64,000 nt of DNA from Elusimicrobiota bacterium (lineage in GTDB: Bacteria > Elusimicrobiota > Elusimicrobia > F11), in NCBI GenBank assembly GCA_044221725.1, contig JBGAON010000001.1, positions 288,001 through 352,000 of the forward strand. Direction: 5' to 3'. This document shows positions 57,521-64,000 of the stretch, in pieces. The first letter of the stretch is position 1, and every line of letters starts with the position of its first letter. The notes beneath the pieces were generated by a model. That model did not search any database. It worked only from the letters and a program-made list of their open reading frames with translations, and was not told the DNA's origin. The translations under genes were made by a program, and so were the position numbers.

Positions 57521-57844
57521 TTAAAGTCCCAAACTTTCGCACGCTTGAACTGTAACAATCATCTTGATTTGGTGGTCGTAAATGTCGAAAGGAACACCAA
57601 GATTGTCACTATCATAATTCCTTGCGTCCGCGATCTCTTGCTGGAGGAACACATCGCCGGATTTGATCGCATCGTTGATTGTTTGAAGTTCTTGGCGGAA
57701 TCGATCACAGTCCGCCGCTACAACGCCGATAATTATTCCGCCTCCTGCTGCTCCGTGAGGGGGGAGCACTTCGGCGCCAGCAAATGCATGGCTCGACATG
57801 CCTAAGCTTGCGCCAATAAGCATCAGTGTTAGGAACTTTTTCAT
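57521..57844 (-). CDS. Small secreted hypothetical protein (107 aa)
   Basis: SD AAGGAGA; signal peptide MKKFLTLMLIGASLGMSSHAFA; two Cys. Confidence 0.75.
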   Translation of the reverse strand: MKKFLTLMLIGASLGMSSHAFAGAEVLPPHGAAGGGIIIGVVAADCDRFRQELQTINDAIKSGDVFLQQEIADARNYDSDNLGVPFDIYDHQIKMIVTVQACESLGL

Positions 57845-57913
57845 AAAACATCTCCTTGATTGTCCGTTAAAGACAAAACGGATTTGATTTTTTGTTGCCT
57901 GTCTTGACGCATC

Positions 57914-60052
57914 TTGCAACGCTCCGGCCTGCGGTTTCTCGTTTTCCGTCTTGAAAATGAAGCGGTTTTCGGGCACGCTTGTTTGGTGCGGAGAGGTCGG
58001 AAAATCCCCATAAAAATCGCGTTGTTTTTGGTTTTCTTTGGATCCATTTCTGTGTGGGCCGAAGTAAAACTGCGAATTTATTTGCAGGACGGTACTCTTC
58101 AGGCGGGAAATCTCGTTGCCGAAACAGAAAATTCGTTCGTGATCTTGAACAAAGAAGAACGGTTGGAAATTAAAAAAGACAAGATCATGTTCATTAACGG
58201 GAAGACGCTAAAACAGTGGCAAGAGCGGCCCGATAAACTTTTTCAAACCGAAATTATTCCTTCCGATATTCCGAACCCTGCTTATGTGAATGACAAGGCG
58301 CCGAACCCTCCGCCGCCGTCGCCTGCAACGCAGGCCGCCGCAAAATCAGCACCGGTTCCGGCGACGGAAAAATCTGTTGTGCCCGCCACAGGTAAAGCGG
58401 CTTCAGCATCTGCCGCAGCAGCATCCGCCACCGCAACAACCGCCGCTCCGCAATCCGCGCCCGTAATTGCTCCGGTAAAACCGTTATCCGAGGTCGCCGC
58501 CGCGAAGGCCACTCCAACACCAGCACCAACACCCGTGGCAGCGAACCCCACACCGGCACCAACGCCGGCCGCGGCAAAACGAACCCCGGCGCCAACCCCA
58601 GCGCCCGTCGTTAAGAGTGAAGAGCCCAAGGCTGCGCCCGTGGCAAAAAAAGAAGAACCAAAAGTTGAACCCGTGGTTGCTGCAGCGCCCGCTGCTCCTG
58701 TGGAAAAGCGTCGCAAGAAAAATCGGCACCATCGTTCGGATAAAACCGACGTGGCCGCAGTGCCGCCTGCAAAACCAGCGCCAGAAAAATCGCTCCCGGT
58801 TCCACCCGATCCAACGACGATCCCCACGGAAACAGCAAGTCTTTCTGCGGTTGCCGGGATCGCTCGTCCGTCAGGTTTTCAGCGGAAGGAGATGGGGGAT
58901 TATCACTTCGCGCGCGCAGTCGCCTACGAAAAAGCCGGCGCGCGCGGGCAAGCGATTCAAGAACTCCACATTTCCACGTTGCTCGATCGACAAAATCCTG
59001 ATTCCGTGTATATGCTCGGGAAACTTTATTTTGATGAAGGGCAGAAAGACCGCGCGGAGAAATATTTCAACCATCCGCTTGTGAAGAAGCGGCCGGAAAT
59101 CGAGACGTTTACGAAGCAACTGGAGCAAGCGGAGAAAAAGCAGGAACAAAACAAAAATATTCTCTATGGACTGACGGCCGTTGGCGCTCTCGCTTGGATT
59201 CCCCTGTTGCTGATTGTGCGTCGGTTCCGGAAAAAGACAAAGCGAGTGATCACAGCAGAGTCAATTGAAGTTACGAAGAACATCATTGAAGACGTTATAG
59301 AGGAAGTGGCTGAAAAAGGTCCGGCGTTTAAACCGCAAATGCCATCACCGGTTCCGCCGCGCACGGCGCCACCGGTCGCCCCAGTGCTTCCTGAAAATTC
59401 CTTCGCCGGAAAGCCGGAGCCGGTCGTTCAGCAAAAACCGGTAACGCCTGCTGTTCCGCCCGCCCCTGTCGTGTCGCCGGTGCCCCTGTTGCCACCCGCT
59501 CCCGTAACGCCACCGGCGCCGATCGTGACCGGAATTCCAGCGCCAATTTCGTTGCCGCCAGCGGTGCCTCCCATTGTTCCTCCTATTATTACGCCACCCG
59601 TGGGAGCGCCCGAGCCAGCCCCCGAACCGGTGGCTGTGCCCGCGTTTTTCAAGAAAGTGGAAGGCCTCGATACCGAATCGGTGCTTCGACTTGCGAGCAT
59701 GGTGGACCGCGCCGTCCGGAAAGGCAATGCCTACGCGATCGACAATCAGTACGATCTCGCACGTCGCGAGTATCGAACCGCGTTGGCACTGAACCCAGCA
59801 TGCCTCGAAGCGTATCTGGGATTGGGATACTTATGTTTCACTCAGGGCCAATGGGATTTGGCGCTTGAGCACTATTCGAAAGCGATTGCGATTGATTCGA
59901 ACTCGGCCGATGCGCATTACGGAATCGGTCGCGTTATGTTAGAAACGGAACACGTTGACGAGGCGGTTTATGAGTTTCAAAAAACGCTCGCCTTGGACAC
60001 CATGTTTGACGACGCTCGGGAGACCCTAACCTCCCTCGGCGTCGTCGTTTAG
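57914..60052 (+). CDS. Bitopic Pro/Ala-rich protein with TPRs on both sides of a TM helix (start uncertain)
   Basis: Signal-like segment; PTPAPTP repeats; TM at ILYGLTAVGALAWIPLLLIV; C-terminal TPRs. Confidence 0.75.
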   Translation: MQRSGLRFLVFRLENEAVFGHACLVRRGRKIPIKIALFLVFFGSISVWAEVKLRIYLQDGTLQAGNLVAETENSFVILNKEERLEIKKDKIMFINGKTLKQWQERPDKLFQTEIIPSDIPNPAYVNDKAPNPPPPSPATQAAAKSAPVPATEKSVVPATGKAASASAAAASATATTAAPQSAPVIAPVKPLSEVAAAKATPTPAPTPVAANPTPAPTPAAAKRTPAPTPAPVVKSEEPKAAPVAKKEEPKVEPVVAAAPAAPVEKRRKKNRHHRSDKTDVAAVPPAKPAPEKSLPVPPDPTTIPTETASLSAVAGIARPSGFQRKEMGDYHFARAVAYEKAGARGQAIQELHISTLLDRQNPDSVYMLGKLYFDEGQKDRAEKYFNHPLVKKRPEIETFTKQLEQAEKKQEQNKNILYGLTAVGALAWIPLLLIVRRFRKKTKRVITAESIEVTKNIIEDVIEEVAEKGPAFKPQMPSPVPPRTAPPVAPVLPENSFAGKPEPVVQQKPVTPAVPPAPVVSPVPLLPPAPVTPPAPIVTGIPAPISLPPAVPPIVPPIITPPVGAPEPAPEPVAVPAFFKKVEGLDTESVLRLASMVDRAVRKGNAYAIDNQYDLARREYRTALALNPACLEAYLGLGYLCFTQGQWDLALEHYSKAIAIDSNSADAHYGIGRVMLETEHVDEAVYEFQKTLALDTMFDDARETLTSLGVVV

Positions 60053-60081
60053 CGCACCAAAAATTCGGTTTTTCCGTCGAA

Positions 60082-60111
60082 TTGACACTTCCCACCGCTT
60101 TTTGTTAGCTT
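60082..60111 (+). promoter_or_regulatory. Putative sigma70 promoter of korAB
   Basis: TTGACA-N18-TAGCTT with an extended -10 TG. Confidence 0.6.
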
Positions 60112-60137
60112 CCGGCCCAACAATTTCCTCCCCTCGT

Positions 60138-60176
60138 GGTCCAACGACGGACCCATCATCAACACATCAAAGGTGA
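60138..60176 (+). promoter_or_regulatory. Candidate ANTAR-type hairpins in the korA leader
   Basis: GGTCC-AACGAC-GGACC, then a weak TC-AAAGGT-GA. Confidence 0.45.
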
Positions 60177-60218
60177 AAGTTTTGCATCAGGGGTAACAAT
60201 CAAGGAGACGTACTTCTT

Positions 60219-62060
60219 ATGGCTACAAAAGATCGCGCCGTTGTCTGGATAGGTGGAGCTGCAGGTGAAGGTATTGCTTCCACCGGAGATATTTTCTGTA
60301 AGACCGCTTCCCGCATGGGTTTGTGGGTATTCGCCTACAATAGTTATCAGTCGGTAATTCGTGGCGGCCACGTCTATTACCAGGTTCAAATTGGTGGTGG
60401 AGACAAAGTTCTCTCGCAAGGCGACGAACCCGATGTGCTCGTAGCGCTGAACCAAGACACGATTGATCGGCACGCAGGAAAGGTTCTTGAAGGCGGCGCC
60501 ATTATCTTTAATAAGGACAAGATCAAAGTTGAAGGCCTCAAAATCCGCAAGAACGTTCAAATTATCGCCATCCCCGTAGAAGAACTCACCAAAGAATTCG
60601 GTCGCAACCCTGTCATGCAAAACACCGTCGACTCCGGCGCGCTCGCGTATGTGTTGGGAATGGATTGGGCCACTTACGAAGGGGCGATCAAATCCATTTT
60701 CGGTTCGAAGAAAAGCGAAATTGCCGACCAGAACATCAAAGTGGCGCTCAAAGGCGCGGAATTCGCGAAAGCCAACTTCAAACCTCTCGATATTAAACTC
60801 AAAGGCGATAGCAAAAAGCGCGCCATTGCTACTGGCAACGCGATGATCGCGTTCGGCGCATTGACCGGCGGTTGCAAATTCTACAGCGCGTACCCAATGA
60901 CGCCAGCGTCGTCGATCATGCATTGGCTCGCGCCGCGCGGTGCCAAGTACGGACTTGTTATGAAACAAATGGAAGACGAAATTGCTGCAATGGCTTCCAC
61001 GGTTGGCGCTGGCCATGTCGGCTGCCGTTCAATGACCGGAACTTCGGGCGGCGGGTTCGCTTTGATGACCGAAGCCATTGGTCTTGCAGCAATGACCGAA
61101 ACACCGTGTGTTGTTGCGCATGTCATGCGTGGTGGCCCGTCCACCGGTCTTCCGACCAAAACCGAACAAGCCGACCTCTTCCAAGATATCGGCGCTGGTC
61201 AAGGCGATTATCCGAAAGCCATTATCGCTCCCATTACCGTTGATGATTGCTATCACGCGACCATTGAAGCGTTGAACCTCTCCGAAAAATATCAAACCCC
61301 TGTCATTATCGCCTCCGACCTTTTCCTTTCCGAACACGCCGAAACCATTGACGACGGACTTGTTAACCCGAACATCAAAATTGAACGCGGCGAAATTGTG
61401 ACCTCGTGGAAAGCGTCGGACCCGTCGAAAACAGACAAAGATGCCTGGTACGTTGAGAAAAACGCGGACGACTATTTGCGCTTCAAAGACACGCCGAGCG
61501 GTGTTTCGCCGCGCGCGTTGCCGGGCACGGAGAATACGCTCTTCGTTGCGGCGTCGGACGAACATGATGAAGAAGGGATCGTTATCTCGGACGTGTTCAC
61601 GGACGAAAAGATCCGCATCAAAATGATGAACAAGCGCATGCGCAAAATGATCGGTATTGAGAAAGACACGAAAGGCCCGATCGTGACCGGCGCAAAGAAC
61701 GCGGACGTGACGCTGGTGGGTTGGGGCTCCACGTTCCAGATCATCGAAGAAGTGCGCCTCGCGCTCGAGAAGAAAGGCAAATCCGTTAACCACATCCACT
61801 TCCGCACCGTGTGGCCAATTCATGCTGATGAAACCTCGAAGTTGCTCAATGCGGCCAAGAAAACCATCAACATCGAAGTGAATTTTACGAGCCAGATGGC
61901 AAAGATCATTCGCATGGAAACGGGTTATCAAATGCACCATTTCATCAATAAATATGACGGTGAGCCTTACACGTTGGAAGGGCTCTTGAAAGAAGTTGAG
62001 AATTGCATGAGCAGCAAAGCCACCAACAACAAAGTGGCCGAGCTTGCCGGCACAAGGTAA
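60219..62060 (+). CDS. korA: 2-oxoacid:ferredoxin oxidoreductase alpha subunit (fused gamma-alpha; OGOR type)
   Basis: GGAAGEGI, IRGGH, YPMTPAS, EDEI, TSGGGF, RGGPSTGLPTKTEQ. Confidence 0.92.
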   Translation: MATKDRAVVWIGGAAGEGIASTGDIFCKTASRMGLWVFAYNSYQSVIRGGHVYYQVQIGGGDKVLSQGDEPDVLVALNQDTIDRHAGKVLEGGAIIFNKDKIKVEGLKIRKNVQIIAIPVEELTKEFGRNPVMQNTVDSGALAYVLGMDWATYEGAIKSIFGSKKSEIADQNIKVALKGAEFAKANFKPLDIKLKGDSKKRAIATGNAMIAFGALTGGCKFYSAYPMTPASSIMHWLAPRGAKYGLVMKQMEDEIAAMASTVGAGHVGCRSMTGTSGGGFALMTEAIGLAAMTETPCVVAHVMRGGPSTGLPTKTEQADLFQDIGAGQGDYPKAIIAPITVDDCYHATIEALNLSEKYQTPVIIASDLFLSEHAETIDDGLVNPNIKIERGEIVTSWKASDPSKTDKDAWYVEKNADDYLRFKDTPSGVSPRALPGTENTLFVAASDEHDEEGIVISDVFTDEKIRIKMMNKRMRKMIGIEKDTKGPIVTGAKNADVTLVGWGSTFQIIEEVRLALEKKGKSVNHIHFRTVWPIHADETSKLLNAAKKTINIEVNFTSQMAKIIRMETGYQMHHFINKYDGEPYTLEGLLKEVENCMSSKATNNKVAELAGTR

Positions 62061-62071
62061 GGAGAATTTCT

Positions 62072-62959
62072 ATGACCGAAGCGACAGCAACAGCAACAAC
62101 GCCTCTCGCGGAATTCCGCTCGAAAGTGGCACCCGACTGGTGCCCAGGTTGCGGCGACTATGGCGTGCTCAGCGCACTGCAGAAAGCGGCATCCAATTGC
62201 AACATTCAGCCGAAAGATTTGATGGTTGTATCCGGGATCGGATGCTCGTCGAACTTGCCGGGATTCATTCGCTCCTACGGTTTCCATAGTCTTCATGGCC
62301 GCGGAGTCGCGGTGGCAACCGGAATGAAACTTGGAAATCCGGATCTCAACGTTGTCGCGACGGGCGGCGACGGTGACGGTTTCGGCATCGGCGTCGGACA
62401 CTTCATCCACGCGATGCGCCGCAACGTGAACATCACCTACATCGTGATGAACAACCAAATCTATGGTTTGACCACGGGGCAAGCATCGCCGACCACGTCG
62501 CGCATGCACAAAACGAAATCCACACCAAACGGGAACCTTGAGTTTCCGTTCAACCCAGAAGGCGTCGCGCTTATGGCCGGTGCCTCGTTCGTGTCGCGCG
62601 GTTTCTCGGGTGACGGTGCGGGTCTCGCAAAAATTATGGAACGCGCCATCAAACACAAAGGTTTTTCGCTCGTTGTCGTGATGAGCCCGTGCGTAACGTA
62701 CAACAAATTGAACACGTACTCCTGGTTCCGTGACAAGGTGTATAAACTCGAAGATGAAGGTCACGATGTGAACAACTTCGAATTGGCGCTGAAAAAATCG
62801 ATGGAATGGGAAAATCGTATTCCGCTCGGCGTGTTTTACGAAACCGACAAGCCGGTCTACGAAGAATCCGAACCGGCGTACGAATTCGGCGCACCATCCA
62901 AACAAAAACTCGGACTCAAATCCGAAGACTGGAACGTCCTCTACGACAGCTTCCGGTAA
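62072..62959 (+). CDS. korB: 2-oxoacid:ferredoxin oxidoreductase beta subunit
   Basis: WCPGCG, SGIGCS, LHGR, GDGD, NQIYGLTTGQASPT, SPCVT. Confidence 0.93.
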   Translation: MTEATATATTPLAEFRSKVAPDWCPGCGDYGVLSALQKAASNCNIQPKDLMVVSGIGCSSNLPGFIRSYGFHSLHGRGVAVATGMKLGNPDLNVVATGGDGDGFGIGVGHFIHAMRRNVNITYIVMNNQIYGLTTGQASPTTSRMHKTKSTPNGNLEFPFNPEGVALMAGASFVSRGFSGDGAGLAKIMERAIKHKGFSLVVVMSPCVTYNKLNTYSWFRDKVYKLEDEGHDVNNFELALKKSMEWENRIPLGVFYETDKPVYEESEPAYEFGAPSKQKLGLKSEDWNVLYDSFR

Positions 62960-62980
62960 ATCAAACACTTAAAAACAGAT

Positions 62981-63022
62981 GAAGACCCAGTTTCGCTAAC
63001 ACGGAGCTGGGTCTTTTCTTTT
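62981..63022 (+). terminator. Intrinsic terminator after korB
   Basis: GAAGACCCAGTTTC..GGAGCTGGGTCTTTTCTTTT. Confidence 0.8.
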
Positions 63023-63023
63023 T

Positions 63024-63587
63024 ATGGCGAAACATAAATATTTCCCTTCCGCTCTTAATGTGTGTGACAAAGAATGTCTCGTGATTGGTGACGACCGCGA
63101 AGCCAACGAAAAATCTCAGCGGTTGCGCGATGCGGGAGCGCGCGTGACCGTTGTGGCACCGAAGGATTTCAATCTGTCCCAAATCAAAGATCAATTTCTC
63201 GTGATCTTTTGCCCAAAGACCGATGCTGAGCTCACGAGAAAAGTGGCTGCGGCATGTCGCCAAAAGCGAGTGCTGCTGTGTGCGATTGACCAGCCCGCGT
63301 ACTGCGATGTGGTAAATGTCTCTGTATTTGATAAAGGAAGACTGCGCGTCACGATTGGAACGGGCGGAGCCGCGCCGGCGGTGGCGCGGAAAATTCGTGA
63401 AGGGTTGGAAGCATCCCTCAAAGATGTGCCGCTTGAAGATTTTCTCGATGATTTGGCGGCGCTTCGCGAACGGTTGGAAAAAGAGATACCCAATCCTCCC
63501 GACCGAATTCCAAAATTACTAGAAGCAGCCGAGGGATTTGAATTTCGGGCCAGCGTGACGCTGCCCGCAAAATGGAGCAACAAATGA
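63024..63587 (+). CDS. Precorrin-2 dehydrogenase/ferrochelatase (SirC / CysG N-terminal)
   Basis: YFP..L......LVIG, GA.VTVVAP, D.P..CD, IGTGG.AP..A..IR. Confidence 0.8.
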   Translation: MAKHKYFPSALNVCDKECLVIGDDREANEKSQRLRDAGARVTVVAPKDFNLSQIKDQFLVIFCPKTDAELTRKVAAACRQKRVLLCAIDQPAYCDVVNVSVFDKGRLRVTIGTGGAAPAVARKIREGLEASLKDVPLEDFLDDLAALRERLEKEIPNPPDRIPKLLEAAEGFEFRASVTLPAKWSNK

Positions 63588-64000
63588 CGAAGTCTCGCAT
63601 CGGTTTTTGGTTGTGTTTGATGGTCGCCACCGTGGCACACGCCTCGAACATAGCGCTCGTATATGAAAACGAAGCGGCTGTTAAACAAGGGAAAGCGACG
63701 ATCGGCACGGTCGTTTCGGACGGAGTGCTCACATCCGCCCAATTCGCGCTTTCGGCCAGCAAAACAATTTTGATCGCGCCAGCCGGGCAAGATTTGCGCC
63801 GCGGCGTTCTCGTGCGACTCGATAACGATCTTGATCTCGCGGTGCTCCGCCTCGGTGATCTTGTCACCGATCCTATTCTTCAAGAAGCGAATCGAAAAAA
63901 GTCGGAAGCGGTTCTTGCGTTCGCGCCGGCGGGTGTCGCGGCCGCCAACGCGGACGGGACCACATCGTCGCTCTTGCCCGTTGAGCCCTTGAAGGGCGAA
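63584..64000 (+). CDS. Exported protein with degenerate trypsin-like segment (3' partial)
   Basis: MTKSRIGFWLCLMVATVAHA signal; GVLTSAQ and DNDLDLAVLRL; ATGA overlap with the upstream gene. Confidence 0.55.
   Translation, partial: MTKSRIGFWLCLMVATVAHASNIALVYENEAAVKQGKATIGTVVSDGVLTSAQFALSASKTILIAPAGQDLRRGVLVRLDNDLDLAVLRLGDLVTDPILQEANRKKSEAVLAFAPAGVAAANADGTTSSLLPVEPLKGE

Noticed and set aside
58500..58610. Tandem DNA repeat or array
   Set aside because: Degenerate codon-level repeats encoding PTPAPTP within a CDS
61029..62968. Long antisense ORFs opposite korAB (likewise 14439-15404, 46354-47280, 28280-29116)
   Set aside because: Shadow frames of well-supported genes or tRNAs with no recognisable motifs

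Overview
Gene-dense bacterial chromosomal segment, nearly all on the + strand, with no rRNA, CRISPR array, integrase, transposase or prophage. The protein style suggests an Elusimicrobiota-like uncultured lineage (inference only). Housekeeping genes include tilS-ftsH-glmM-pdxJ-glmS, an amidase, murI, queC, queE, dusB, cls, tadA, rph-rdgB, smpB, korAB and sirC. RNA genes are seven tRNAs and tmRNA (tag ANSQEMALAA). Four GT-C membrane glycosyltransferases are present. The most interesting signals are: (1) a recurring RNA hairpin motif (6-nt loop with G at position 4, C-G closing pair), typical of ANTAR antiterminator targets, in the leaders of two amtB-glnK operons, an ion transporter and korAB; (2) a SAM-I riboswitch controlling a 'threonine synthase' + sulfur carrier + NIL operon, probably a non-canonical homocysteine route; (3) a 1152-aa protein fusing a ChaN/EreA/Tiki-like N-terminal module to a GHMP kinase, coupled to an all-TPR partner; (4) an unannotated 45-aa basic ORF resembling ArfA; (5) tmRNA bracketed by inverted composite palindromic elements; (6) a 90-bp palindrome inserted in frame in a gene; (7) a short, divergent sigma-54-like factor. 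All calls come from reading motifs by eye; no database searches were run.
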